Both the position numbers and the translations under genes were made by a program. Below the pieces are notes generated by a model. The model had not been told where the DNA came from. It searched no databases and saw only the letters and a list, made by a program, of their open reading frames with translations. 64,000 nt of DNA from a virus. Taxonomy: Duplodnaviria; Caudoviricetes. The stretch is from the IMG/VR virus record IMGVR_UViG_3300030419_006472, positions 32,001 through 96,000 of that record. One strand, given 5' to 3'. How positions within the stretch are numbered: position 1 is the first letter of the stretch; the number at the start of each line of letters is the position of its first letter. This document shows, one piece after another, positions 27,837 to 38,364 of the stretch.

Positions 27837-28296
27837 CTACATTATTTTTCCAAAAATCGTCATACTTAATTATAATATAATTCTTTGTATAACGCAAGTA
27901 ATTTTCAAAACGGAAATAATGAGCTATATCTTTGTGAAATAGTAAATAGCTACCTTTTCTGGTTACTTTAATTATTAAAAACCATAACCTACCGCTCTCT
28001 GCTTGTTTAATCCATTTATCTAATGTTTTATTTTCAGTAAATAACCTATGATATTCAAACGTTTTATAATTCTTACATTCTAATTTAAATTTAGACATGC
28101 ACGGAGGTACCATTATATCTCCATCCATCATACGTTTTTGATCTTCGGTTAATTGATCAAGTCGGTGAAAATTAGCGCCTCCAGTATAGGCTCCGGAATT
28201 TGGAACTCTAATAAAATTTTCATTAAAAACTTCACTTAAATCCTTAGCAACTTCTCTCTCCCATGCGTTACCCTTCTGTTTGGCTGCGCTAGGCAT
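27793..28296 (-). CDS. PD-(D/E)xK Holliday junction resolvase (Hjc-like)
   Basis: KQKGNAWERE, R.PNSGA, GDI and LECK. Confidence 0.82.
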   Translation of the reverse strand: MPSAAKQKGNAWEREVAKDLSEVFNENFIRVPNSGAYTGGANFHRLDQLTEDQKRMMDGDIMVPPCMSKFKLECKNYKTFEYHRLFTENKTLDKWIKQAESGRLWFLIIKVTRKGSYLLFHKDIAHYFRFENYLRYTKNYIIIKYDDFWKNNVDAIRKLNENPPPEL

Positions 28297-28331
28297 ATAT
28301 AGTTACTTATCAATTAGCTAGATTTTGCAAG

Positions 28332-28865
28332 TTAAATTGTAAAATTTTTAATAATACCATGATATTCGAATGTACTATTATCATCAATTACATTTTCGTC
28401 ATTATACAATTTGTTTAAATTTAAAGTGTTAATAGGAATAGATAAAACAACAATTTGTTTTAACCAAGAATCTGGAACTATATCGCTTGTTTCAGCATAA
28501 CTATAAGCAACATCAGGGTCTTTAGCTAAATAAACCACCCCAGGCTTACTATCTTCCCATTTCGCTTGAACTCTAGACCCTCCTAAACCGTTTTTTTGTA
28601 TACTCTTTAATAAAGGTTTATACGTTGCGTGATACAATATATCATTACTTTCGTTTAGTTTTTTTTTACGCTTCTTTTTTGCTTTACCTTTACGTGTAAT
28701 AGTATCACCTAATATCTTAGGCATTCTTGCATCACCAGGGGCATATGAATCTGCAGTAGTAAAATCTCCTGCGCCTTGCGCTCCCGTCGGACCTATATTA
28801 GCAGACGCAACGGTATTATCAGTTAGATATTGTGTAACTGCTTGATCGAATAACTTAAGAGGCAT
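28332..28865 (-). CDS. Late protein with C-terminal ADP-ribosyltransferase-fold (Tpt1/KptA-like) domain
   Basis: LYHAT...SIQKNGL...VYLA...A..YA...VVLSI follows a low-complexity, basic N-terminus ending KKLNES. Confidence 0.6.
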   Translation of the reverse strand: MPLKLFDQAVTQYLTDNTVASANIGPTGAQGAGDFTTADSYAPGDARMPKILGDTITRKGKAKKKRKKKLNESNDILYHATYKPLLKSIQKNGLGGSRVQAKWEDSKPGVVYLAKDPDVAYSYAETSDIVPDSWLKQIVVLSIPINTLNLNKLYNDENVIDDNSTFEYHGIIKNFTI

Positions 28866-28929
28866 ATTAAGTATTTATCGCATAACGGTTAATAAGTTGA
28901 CTTTTTTTAAAAAACGGTATAATAAATAA

Positions 28930-29334
28930 ATGGAGATTGGTGATATTATCAATCAGTATCTTAAAGAAGCAAGTATAGATACAAATTTAGATCGATTAGA
29001 AGTTACATCTACGCAAGAACAGCTAGTTGCTAATAAGCATAAGTGGTCGGCTAGATTAATTAATCATAAAATTAAATTAAATAATTTTAAATCTGAACGA
29101 TCTACTCTCCTAGAAAAATATATAACTGATTATCAAGATAAAGAACCCGTACGGGTAAATAAATCAATTGCTCAAAAAGCCGTTGAGAATAAAAAAGAAA
29201 TTAAAAGTATAGATCGGAAAATTGAAAATGAAATTCTGATTATTAGTTTCTTAGAAAATATATATAAAAACATAAGCTTCGCAACAAATGATATAAAAAA
29301 TTTAGTAGAGTTAATGAAACTCGAAACTCAATGA
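28930..29334 (+). CDS. uvsY: Recombination mediator UvsY
   Basis: Helical 134-aa protein with C-terminal IKNLVELMKLE, directly upstream of uvsW (T4 synteny). Confidence 0.75.
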   Translation: MEIGDIINQYLKEASIDTNLDRLEVTSTQEQLVANKHKWSARLINHKIKLNNFKSERSTLLEKYITDYQDKEPVRVNKSIAQKAVENKKEIKSIDRKIENEILIISFLENIYKNISFATNDIKNLVELMKLETQ

Positions 29335-30782
29335 TTGATATAACATTAAATTCAAACTCTCAAGCTGTATTAAAGGGACCTGAGTTAGATATTATTAGAG
29401 AGCATTTTAGTGTAAAAAATGAAAATGCGCATTTTCAAAGAAGATTTGGAAGGTTTGTACCTCCACGAACTTATGTAATTACTCAACAAGGAAAAACTGA
29501 TGTTGGTCTTTTGGCTGAAATTGCAAAGCTTTGCAAAACAAAAGATATAAAAATTAATTTTTCTAAAGATATAAAAAATTCACTTATACCAACATTACGT
29601 AAAGATAATATTATTGACTATGATTTAAATTTAAAATTTAGAGATTATCAACAGGATATAATTACTAAATGTATTAATCAAGGACGTGGTACAATAATAT
29701 TAGCTACTGCAGGAGGTAAGACTTTAACCATGGCAGGGCTATTAGAATTTTATTATCAAAATTACAGTAAAAATTTTAAAGGGTTAATTATTGTACCTGA
29801 TTTAGGATTAGTAAATCAAACAACTTCTGATTTCGAAGAATATGGAGTATCCTTTTCGACTACCAAATATACAGGTAAAGATGAATTAATATTGTCTCGC
29901 AATATTATTATAGCTAATCTAGGCATACTACAAAGTTCGAAGCAAGATATTTCATGGATAGAGCATATTGATTTTTTAATTGTAGACGAGGTACATAAAG
30001 TAAGGAGAGGTAATAAAATAAATAATATTCTTAAAAAAATTACTACTCCTCACCGTTTCGGTTTCACGGGAACGTTACCAGATGATCTACTCGACAAATG
30101 GAATATTCTAGGAAAGATAGGGCCGCAATTATTCGAAAAGAAAGCTCATGAATTAAGAGATGAAAATTATGTTGTACCAGCAAAGGTACATGTCTTAGAA
30201 TTAGCTTATAACACTCCCTCGACTGAAATCTATCAAGGAAATAATTCCAATGCGTATTATTTACAAGAGAGTGAATTTATACGAAGGAACTCTTTTAGGA
30301 ACAATTTGTTAGCTAAATTAGCAGATAAATTAGATAATAATGCATTAATTCTAATCGATTATATAGAGCACGGGGAACTATTGTTCAACACCCTGACTGA
30401 GATTTGTAAAAATAAACAAATATATTTTATTAGAGGTGACGTGGAGGTGAAAGAGCGTAAAAAAATACAAGAATTAATGGAGCGTCAAAAAGATATAATA
30501 ATTATAGCTATATCAAAAATATTTTCTACAGGTATTAATATTAAAAATTTACATTATTTAATATTTGCTAGCGGTGGAAAAGCAAAAATAAAAATTATAC
30601 AAAGTATAGGTCGAGGCCTGCGCTTGCATAATGATAAGAAAGAGCTTATAATCTTTGATATCGCTGATAATCTACGTTATGGTCAACGTCACGTAGAGCA
30701 ACGATTATCACTATATGATAGTGAACATATAAAATATAAATTTACCCAGTATCATGAAACCAAAGACAAAGAAACCAAATAA
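29331..30782 (+). CDS. uvsW: UvsW SF2 DNA helicase
   Basis: RDYQ, ATAGGKT, DEVH, GFTGT, STGINI and QSIGRGLR. Confidence 0.93.
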   Translation: MIDITLNSNSQAVLKGPELDIIREHFSVKNENAHFQRRFGRFVPPRTYVITQQGKTDVGLLAEIAKLCKTKDIKINFSKDIKNSLIPTLRKDNIIDYDLNLKFRDYQQDIITKCINQGRGTIILATAGGKTLTMAGLLEFYYQNYSKNFKGLIIVPDLGLVNQTTSDFEEYGVSFSTTKYTGKDELILSRNIIIANLGILQSSKQDISWIEHIDFLIVDEVHKVRRGNKINNILKKITTPHRFGFTGTLPDDLLDKWNILGKIGPQLFEKKAHELRDENYVVPAKVHVLELAYNTPSTEIYQGNNSNAYYLQESEFIRRNSFRNNLLAKLADKLDNNALILIDYIEHGELLFNTLTEICKNKQIYFIRGDVEVKERKKIQELMERQKDIIIIAISKIFSTGINIKNLHYLIFASGGKAKIKIIQSIGRGLRLHNDKKELIIFDIADNLRYGQRHVEQRLSLYDSEHIKYKFTQYHETKDKETK

Positions 30783-31194
30783 AAAAACATATTACGTTAA
30801 TCCAAAACAATTTTTACAACAACTAACAGAATATTATGAAACAGACGATTTAATCGACGAACTAGCTGAGTCGGTTTACAAAATCGCTGTTGGTTTAAGT
30901 TATTCTCCAAACTTTATAAACTATAGTTATAAAGATGAAATGATAGGTGATGCGGTTGTAAAAATGATAGCAGCTGTAAAAAATAAAAAATTTAATCTTG
31001 ATTCTGAGTCAAACCCGTTTTCATATTTTACTACTATCGCATATCATGCGTTTATTAACAGAATAAAGAAGGAAAAAAAATATCGAGAAACAATTAATGA
31101 TTATCAAGAGCAAGTATATGGATCTTTAGCTAATGAAGAAAAAATTGTTAATAAACAACCAGTTAAAGATTACGATCAAGAATTATACACATAA
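30754..31194 (+). CDS. gp55: Late-transcription sigma factor gp55
   Basis: YYVN, PNFINYSYKDEMIGDA and NPFSYFTTIAYHAFINRIKKEKK. Confidence 0.92.
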   Translation: MKPKTKKPNKKTYYVNPKQFLQQLTEYYETDDLIDELAESVYKIAVGLSYSPNFINYSYKDEMIGDAVVKMIAAVKNKKFNLDSESNPFSYFTTIAYHAFINRIKKEKKYRETINDYQEQVYGSLANEEKIVNKQPVKDYDQELYT

Positions 31195-32240
31195 TGGTAA
31201 CCGAAAACAATAAAAAAATCGGTTTCTTCTCCGATTTACATATTGGCATACATCAAAACAGTGAAAAATGGCATGATGTGGCGTTTGAGTGGGCGAAATG
31301 GTTTACGTCGGAGTTAAAAAAGGAGAAAATCACTAAAATAATATTTGGCGGGGATTTTTTTCACTATAGAGATGAAATAAACGTTAAATCCTTACACTTT
31401 GCAAATAATTTACTGGATTTATTTAATGGTTTTGAAATATTCATGATTCCCGGTAATCATGACGCATATTACAAGGATAACTCAAACGTACATTCGCTAT
31501 CTATTTTAAGTAACAGGCATAATATTCATATTATTAACGAACCAAGCGTGCAAAATATGTTCGGGTTTAATATTTGCTTTTGTCCGTGGGGAACTAGTAT
31601 AAATGAGATTTCAGAATCTGATTTAATAATCGGACATTTTGAAATTGAAAATTTCAATTTTAATAGCTTTAAAGTATGTGAATCAGGTATTCAATCATGC
31701 GACTTACTAACAAAATCCAACCTTATACTATCTGGTCATTTTCACAAACGTCAGCGTCGAAAATATTCAAACGGAGAGATAATTTATGCAGGAAATCCGT
31801 TTGAAATGGATTTTAATGATATACAAGACCAGAAAGGCTTTTATATTCTTGATCTTAGCGAACAAAACATAAAATACACTTTTGTTGAAAATAAAATATC
31901 ACCTATTCATGTAAAAGTAAACTTAAGTGAACTCGAAAAACTAAAAACAATCGCAAAAGAGGTCGGTTGGTCGAAGTTAGCTATAAAAATTGTTATTGAT
32001 AAGGATATAAAGACAAACATACTCGATAAAATAATAGCATCTATAAATTTTGAAGCACCGTTCTCATTAGTAACCGATTATTTACATAAATTTAGTATCG
32101 GGGATAATATCGCAATAACGAACGAGTTAGGAGACTTGAATATTAAGCAATGTATTATAGAATATATTGAATCCTTAGATATAGACAACAAGGAAGAAGT
32201 AATAAGAAGAACCGTACATTTGTATAATCAATTTGTATGA
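31194..32240 (+). CDS. gp47: Recombination endonuclease gp47 (Mre11/SbcD-like)
   Basis: SDLHIG, GGDFF, PGNHD, GHFE and SGHFH. Confidence 0.93.
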   Translation: MVTENNKKIGFFSDLHIGIHQNSEKWHDVAFEWAKWFTSELKKEKITKIIFGGDFFHYRDEINVKSLHFANNLLDLFNGFEIFMIPGNHDAYYKDNSNVHSLSILSNRHNIHIINEPSVQNMFGFNICFCPWGTSINEISESDLIIGHFEIENFNFNSFKVCESGIQSCDLLTKSNLILSGHFHKRQRRKYSNGEIIYAGNPFEMDFNDIQDQKGFYILDLSEQNIKYTFVENKISPIHVKVNLSELEKLKTIAKEVGWSKLAIKIVIDKDIKTNILDKIIASINFEAPFSLVTDYLHKFSIGDNIAITNELGDLNIKQCIIEYIESLDIDNKEEVIRRTVHLYNQFV

Positions 32241-34057
32241 AGTATATAAATTTTAATTCAATAAAAATTAGTAATTTCTTATCAATCGGAAAAGAGCCAA
32301 TCGAGATTAATTTTAAAACAGGCTTAAACATAATTACCGGTGTTAATAGAGATAAAGAAGATAGAAGAAACGGAGTTGGTAAATCAACAATTGCTGATGC
32401 AATACATTTTGCTATTTTCGGTGAAACAATACGTGAAGTCTCAAAAGATTTTATTGTAAATTCCGTAAATAAAAAAAATACATACGTCGAAGTACATTTT
32501 TCAATAAATGAAAACAATAAAACTGACAATTACCGAATTATACGTAAATTAAAACCTACAAAATGTTACTTATATGCTAACGACGTTGATGTAACAGAAA
32601 GTACAATACCTAACACTAGTAAAAAAATAAAAAACATACTTAGTTGTTCTCCTGAAGTATTTCAAAATTGTGTTATAATGTCACTTAACACAACGTTGCC
32701 CTTTATGGCACAAAAGAAGGTTGAAAAAAGAAAATTCATTGAAGGTATTTTAAATTTAGAAATTTTCTCTGATATGTTATTAAGGGCGCGTTCAGAATAC
32801 AATGACGTTCAGAAAAAATACGAACACATAACGAAAGACTTCGATCATGCAACTAATATTTTTAAGCTTCTTAACGATCAGAAAGAAAAAATAGTAACTA
32901 ACATTATTGAGAGAAAAAATAAAATAAATGATAGAATAAAAATTATAAATGAAGAAATAGAACAAAATAAAACAAAAATTAAAAAGATAAATAAAGATTT
33001 ATATAACAAAAGTAAAGAAAAGCTAAAATTTATAAAAAATAAATTAACCGACATTCAAAGTCAGTTAGATTCTATTTCAAATAAAATTACTCAACATCAA
33101 ACCGAGATTAAATTTTATAAAAAACAAACCTCTAGCATGGGTACAGAGGGAGACAATTGTCCGGTATGCTTACGACAAATTACTAGTAAGGATAGAGACC
33201 ATATTTTACAGGAAAAAAATAAAATTAAAAAAGATATTGATAATTGCGAACAAGATATTGAAAGCTTATTACAGCAACAAAAAAATATTTTTAATTTAAA
33301 AGAAAATAACATCACTGCCGAGTCTCAACTTAATGAATATATTTCTACTATAAAAACAGTTCATAATAACAATAGATTAACCACTGTACATATTAATAGT
33401 CTTGAAAACGATCGCGGTGAAAATGAAAACGAGTTACAAGAGTTAACAAAAAGAGAAACGAGTTTAGAAATAAAAGAATTAAACAATAAATTAAAAGTAA
33501 AAGCAAAAGAAGTTGACGAATTAGAAGAGGTATCAAATAATATACATTCTGATTTAGAAATATTAGAAGTGGTAAAATATATTCTATCAGAAGAAGGTGT
33601 CAAATCATTTATTGTAAAAAAGATTTTAGATATTCTAAACAAACGATTATTATATTATCTACAAAAAATGGACGCAAATTGTATTTGTAGGTTTAATGAA
33701 TATTTTGAAGAAGAAATTGTAAACGAAAAAAACGAACAGTGCTCGTATTTTAATTTTTCTGGTGCTGAAAGAAAAAATATAGATCTTGCTATTTTATTTA
33801 CATTTATAGATATGAGAAGGTTACAAGGTGACGTGGCATATAATCTATTAATGTTCGATGAATTATTAGATAGTTCACTTGATGAGAAGGGGGTAGAACT
33901 AGTGTTAAATATAATTAAAGAACGAGTTGACAAACATCACGAAAGTATATATGTCATCTCTCATAGAAAAGAATCTGTTAAAGCTGCTTCCGGTGAAGTT
34001 ATTATGCTAGAAAAGAAAAATAGCGTTACAACTCGTGTGGATTTATCCAATAATTAG
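32237..34057 (+). CDS. gp46: Recombination ATPase gp46 (Rad50/SbcC-like)
   Basis: NFLSIG, NGVGKST, Zn hook CPVC, FSGAE, FDE..D.SLD and ISH. Confidence 0.95.
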   Translation: MKYINFNSIKISNFLSIGKEPIEINFKTGLNIITGVNRDKEDRRNGVGKSTIADAIHFAIFGETIREVSKDFIVNSVNKKNTYVEVHFSINENNKTDNYRIIRKLKPTKCYLYANDVDVTESTIPNTSKKIKNILSCSPEVFQNCVIMSLNTTLPFMAQKKVEKRKFIEGILNLEIFSDMLLRARSEYNDVQKKYEHITKDFDHATNIFKLLNDQKEKIVTNIIERKNKINDRIKIINEEIEQNKTKIKKINKDLYNKSKEKLKFIKNKLTDIQSQLDSISNKITQHQTEIKFYKKQTSSMGTEGDNCPVCLRQITSKDRDHILQEKNKIKKDIDNCEQDIESLLQQQKNIFNLKENNITAESQLNEYISTIKTVHNNNRLTTVHINSLENDRGENENELQELTKRETSLEIKELNNKLKVKAKEVDELEEVSNNIHSDLEILEVVKYILSEEGVKSFIVKKILDILNKRLLYYLQKMDANCICRFNEYFEEEIVNEKNEQCSYFNFSGAERKNIDLAILFTFIDMRRLQGDVAYNLLMFDELLDSSLDEKGVELVLNIIKERVDKHHESIYVISHRKESVKAASGEVIMLEKKNSVTTRVDLSNN

Positions 34058-34072
34058 TAATAAATTTATATA

Positions 34073-35293
34073 ATGATTTCTCATTTTAATCATATACCTC
34101 GCTTACCATTCGCACCACCACCGACAGGTAATCCATCTTTAGCTCTACCTCGACCTAAAAACGAACGTCCTAAGACCGATGGCGCCGCGCCAGATCTTCC
34201 CCGAGGTTTAAATTTTTACGCAGATTATTCAGGATGTGGTCACTGGAGAATGATCTGGCCAGAGTTGCTGCTTAACTGCTATAATAAAGCAAACGTACAG
34301 GGCGGTACGGTAATGATTGGAGATAAGGCTTTTTATAGTGGAGTTAAAACAGTTCGAATTCAACGACAAGCAACTCAAACTCAAGCAAGTTATATAAAAT
34401 GGCTAAAAGAATTAGCCAAAGAATTACACTTTAACATCATATACGAAATAGACGATATAATATTTAAAGAAGATATACCACATTATAATAAATTTAGATT
34501 TGCGTTTGAAGATCCAAAAATAAGACAAACTAGTATGGAAATCATGGCTGCATGTGACGAAATTACTGTAACCAATAAGTTTATGCAGGAGTACTATACG
34601 GAAAAAACTGGTAATAAACAAGTAACTGTTGTGCCTAATTTTATTCCTAGATTTTGGATGGATAGATATTTTGATCTTACAACAATTAAAGAAAATTTTC
34701 AAAAATTTAAACGCAAACCAAGAGTAGTATATTGTGGTAGTGGCGCTCATTTCGATATTGAAAATAGAATCAAACAGAAAGATGATTTTTTTCATATTAA
34801 CGATGTAATAAGAAAAACAGTAGACAAATTTCAATGGGTATTTATAGGTGGTTTTCCGTTAACATTAAGAGACTTAATATCGCAGAAAAAAATTGAATAT
34901 CATGAATGGACTAATTTAGTAGATTACCCTGCATATATATACAGTAAGAACCCTACAGTTTTTTACGCTCCATTAGAAAATAGTACTTTTAATAAAGCTA
35001 AAAGTGATTTAAAATTTATTGAAGGTTGCGCGCTAGGGATTCCAACTATCTGTCAAGACTTATGCACATATGATACTGCATTTCATAAATTTACTACCGG
35101 AGACGACTTAATAGATAAAATAAAATATCTAACTAGTGATTATAAAAAATATATAAAAGAGGTAAAACGAGCTCGGGAGTATATGAAATCCAGATGGATG
35201 GAAGATAATATTAACTTCTACACTGAATTATATTCATTTCCGTATGGTGATCCAAAGAGAAAAAATCTTAATCGCTTAAACGGAATTAGTTGA
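34073..35293 (+). CDS. GT-B glycosyltransferase within the replication module
   Basis: ADYSGCGHWR, YEIDD, VVPNF and APLENSTFNKAKSDLKFIE...GIP. Confidence 0.82.
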   Translation: MISHFNHIPRLPFAPPPTGNPSLALPRPKNERPKTDGAAPDLPRGLNFYADYSGCGHWRMIWPELLLNCYNKANVQGGTVMIGDKAFYSGVKTVRIQRQATQTQASYIKWLKELAKELHFNIIYEIDDIIFKEDIPHYNKFRFAFEDPKIRQTSMEIMAACDEITVTNKFMQEYYTEKTGNKQVTVVPNFIPRFWMDRYFDLTTIKENFQKFKRKPRVVYCGSGAHFDIENRIKQKDDFFHINDVIRKTVDKFQWVFIGGFPLTLRDLISQKKIEYHEWTNLVDYPAYIYSKNPTVFYAPLENSTFNKAKSDLKFIEGCALGIPTICQDLCTYDTAFHKFTTGDDLIDKIKYLTSDYKKYIKEVKRAREYMKSRWMEDNINFYTELYSFPYGDPKRKNLNRLNGIS

Positions 35294-35318
35294 TTTATTG
35301 CTTCATATTCTTTATACT
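35290..35318 (+). promoter_or_regulatory. Sigma70-type promoter of the DNA polymerase
   Basis: TTGATT-N17-TATACT-N7-GTG. Confidence 0.65.
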
Positions 35319-35325
35319 ATAAGGA

Positions 35326-37983
35326 GTGTATAGAAATTTAGCGTACATACCGAATCAGCGCATTATGCGGCTGTATACATGGGATGAAAATGGAGTTAGA
35401 ATCGAAACTGATTGTCCGTATCGTCCATATTTTTATTCTGAAACGAATTCAAATCGATACGACGCAACTTCATTGTACGGTACAAAACTTCGAAGACACA
35501 TTGCAAATAGCGAACTAGATAGAAGAAAAAAAATAGAAGATCTTAATGATCATAAAATTTATGAAAATATTTCTCCCTACCAACAGTTTTTAGTTGATAG
35601 GTTTTGGGAAGTAAACGAAACAGACGAATTTAGCAAGTTTCCTGTTAAAATATGGTTCTTTGATATTGAGACATATTCCCCTGACGAATTTCCAAAACCA
35701 GATGAAGCGAGTCATATGATTAATGTAATTACAATCTATGACACTGTCGAAAAAATGTATTTTACATGGGGTATTAATCCATACAAACCAAAATCCGATG
35801 ACGTAAAATATATTCACTGCAAGTCTGAGGTTGAGTTATTACAAAAGTTTTTAGATTTTTACTGCAAAGACCGACCTGATATTTTATCTGGTTGGGCCAG
35901 TGAGACTTTTGATATTCCATATATAATTAATCGAGTTAGGAATTTATTGGGAGAAGACGCTACTCGGTTGTTTTCACCTGTTCACGATGAAATTATGAAG
36001 CCGATTTACCAGCGTGTATACCGTGGTAATTTCGGTAAACAAACGTCCAAATATGTAGTTGAAGGGGTATCAATGTTAGATTATCTAGATGTGTACAAAA
36101 CCTTCAGCATGGGCATGAAAGACAGTTATAAGCTAGATAATATAGCTCATATAGAACTAGGAGAGAACAAGGTAGATATAGGAGAAACTAACCTTGCGAC
36201 ACTGTCTATTGAAGATTGGGACAAGTTTGTCGATTACAATATTCATGACGTAAGATTACTGGTAAAACTGGATGCTAAGCTCATGTATATGGATTTAGCA
36301 AGAATGCTATCTTACATAGGGTTAACTCCATTTAATGCGGCATTAGGTACTATTAGTACAGTTAACGGTCGTGCTATCGTTGAAGCGAGAAAGTCAGACC
36401 CGCCTAGAGTTATACCAACCTTTATAAAAGGAGATGACAGATCTGGTAAGTATGAGGGAGCGTACGTAGGTGAACCTCAGCGTGGATTTCAAAAAAATAT
36501 TATATCATTTGACGCTAATTCCCTATATCCGAGTGTAATGGTAACTCTTAATTTAAGCCCGGAAACAAAGATTGGGAGTATTATAGGCACAGATAACGGT
36601 AAGGTATACATAAAGACAATAAACAATAAAGATATTGAAATGTCTTATGGAGACTTTAACAAGTGGTGTGCTAAAAATGAAATAGCAGTAACAAGAGCTA
36701 AGAAACTTTTCTCACAAAAGAACAAAGGAATCTTCCCTAGGATTACAGATCACTTCTATGCTATACGTGCAGGAAAAAAACAAGAATGGAACGAAGCTCG
36801 TGAAGAACTACATCAACTGTCGGTAAAATTAGAAAAAGAAACTAACAACGATTCAAAGAAAAAATTACAAAAAAAGATAAATGATACTAAGTTCAAAATT
36901 GATCAATTATGGATCTGGCAATTTACTCTAAAAATTCTTATTAACAGAATTTATGGATATTTTGGCAATAAAAACTCAGCCATGGCTGATGGTGATATTG
37001 CTCGGTCAATTACGCTAACTGGGCGTGACGTAATTAAACAGAGCAATATTATTCTAAGAAATTATATAAAAAGAGTAACAGGGTTATCTGATAGAGAACT
37101 AGATAATAACGACCCTATTATCTATAATGATACAGATAGTTCGTATTGTACAATAACTCCGATACTAGAACATTTAAATATACCACTTCATGAAAACAAT
37201 AAAATAGATGATAGGGTTTATAAATTAGTACAAGACATCGAAGATGATTTAAATGTTCATATTGAAAAATGGGCAAAGGAAACATTACTAACTAAAGACC
37301 CTAGATTTGTTTTTAAGCGAGAGTCTATTTGTGATAAAGGAGTATTTTTACAAAAGAAGCGATATGTTTTACACAAACTAGATGACGAAGGAGTTGTTTG
37401 TAACAAATTTAAATACACCGGGGTAGAGGTAGTTCGAACTACTATGCCTAATGCAATAAAACCATATGTGAAGAAAATTATCGAACATATGATTATGACT
37501 GAAAATCAAGTCACTACAAATGAAATTTTTGAAGAGACATATGAAATTTTTAAATCATTACCTATAAGAGATATTGCGTTTGTTATGGGTGTTAAAGAAT
37601 ACGAAAAATATAGTATACATGCTAAAGACTGGACAGTTAAAAAAGGAACACCGATTCATGTAAAATCTTCTATATATTATAATAAACTTTTAGATCATTA
37701 TAACATCTCTAATAACCACGAATATATTAGTTCTGGTGATAAGATAAGATATTTTTATACAGTTACTCCCAACAAGTTTGGTTTGAATTCGTTAGGGTTT
37801 AAGTATGACATACCACCGGAATTTGAACAAGATTTTAAAATAGACTATGAGAAAATGTTTGATAAAATCGTATATAGTGTTATTGATAGGTTTTATGACA
37901 ACGTAAACTGGAAGTCGTTTCGACCCGGGGAAGCTGTTAATACGGATTTATTTGATTTCTTTAAAATACCCGTTGCAAATTAA
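35326..37983 (+). CDS. gp43: Family B DNA polymerase gp43
   Basis: Exonuclease motifs FDIET, FDIPY and YNIHD; polymerase motifs SFDANSLYPS, KILINRIYG, YNDTDS and KKRY. Confidence 0.97.
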   Translation: MYRNLAYIPNQRIMRLYTWDENGVRIETDCPYRPYFYSETNSNRYDATSLYGTKLRRHIANSELDRRKKIEDLNDHKIYENISPYQQFLVDRFWEVNETDEFSKFPVKIWFFDIETYSPDEFPKPDEASHMINVITIYDTVEKMYFTWGINPYKPKSDDVKYIHCKSEVELLQKFLDFYCKDRPDILSGWASETFDIPYIINRVRNLLGEDATRLFSPVHDEIMKPIYQRVYRGNFGKQTSKYVVEGVSMLDYLDVYKTFSMGMKDSYKLDNIAHIELGENKVDIGETNLATLSIEDWDKFVDYNIHDVRLLVKLDAKLMYMDLARMLSYIGLTPFNAALGTISTVNGRAIVEARKSDPPRVIPTFIKGDDRSGKYEGAYVGEPQRGFQKNIISFDANSLYPSVMVTLNLSPETKIGSIIGTDNGKVYIKTINNKDIEMSYGDFNKWCAKNEIAVTRAKKLFSQKNKGIFPRITDHFYAIRAGKKQEWNEAREELHQLSVKLEKETNNDSKKKLQKKINDTKFKIDQLWIWQFTLKILINRIYGYFGNKNSAMADGDIARSITLTGRDVIKQSNIILRNYIKRVTGLSDRELDNNDPIIYNDTDSSYCTITPILEHLNIPLHENNKIDDRVYKLVQDIEDDLNVHIEKWAKETLLTKDPRFVFKRESICDKGVFLQKKRYVLHKLDDEGVVCNKFKYTGVEVVRTTMPNAIKPYVKKIIEHMIMTENQVTTNEIFEETYEIFKSLPIRDIAFVMGVKEYEKYSIHAKDWTVKKGTPIHVKSSIYYNKLLDHYNISNNHEYISSGDKIRYFYTVTPNKFGLNSLGFKYDIPPEFEQDFKIDYEKMFDKIVYSVIDRFYDNVNWKSFRPGEAVNTDLFDFFKIPVAN

Positions 37984-38000
37984 TTTTTTGATAATATAAT
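37973..38000 (+). promoter_or_regulatory. Sigma70-type promoter heading the uvsX-queC-guaC-GATase-GT-gp41 run
   Basis: TTGCAA-N16-TATAAT-N6-ATG(38007). Confidence 0.6.
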
Positions 38001-38006
38001 AATTAC

Positions 38007-38363
38007 ATGGATATCATTACATACATTGATAGTATAGGTAGGACGTGTTTCGGTGAACTAGTAGAGCGAACAGATTCATTTTTAAGAATTAAGGCACCAG
38101 CGATGATTATGGTAACGCCCAATGACGCTGCTAATATGAAAGTTGATGTTATGCCGTTATTCTTTACTGAATTCTCTAGCGGTGAAGCACCAGTGTTTAA
38201 ATATCTAAACACACAATACACAGAAGTTGAGGTTTCTATTTCTGATAAAATATTAGTTCATTATAATGCTAAGATTAATGTTAAGGAAGAAGCGAACCCT
38301 GAACCAGCAGCAGCCCCGCTATCTGACGAGAACATACCCGAAGTAACATTATTCGAGGAATAA
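38007..38363 (+). CDS. Hypothetical protein (small beta-rich domain, acidic tail ending VTLFEE)
   Basis: ORF between gp43 and uvsX with its own promoter. Confidence 0.7.
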   Translation: MDIITYIDSIGRTCFGELVERTDSFLRIKAPAMIMVTPNDAANMKVDVMPLFFTEFSSGEAPVFKYLNTQYTEVEVSISDKILVHYNAKINVKEEANPEPAAAPLSDENIPEVTLFEE

Positions 38364-38364
38364 T

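Noticed and set aside
35321-35325. AAGGA before gp43 as a Shine-Dalgarno site
   Set aside because: It abuts the GTG with no spacer and lies at or before the predicted transcription start.
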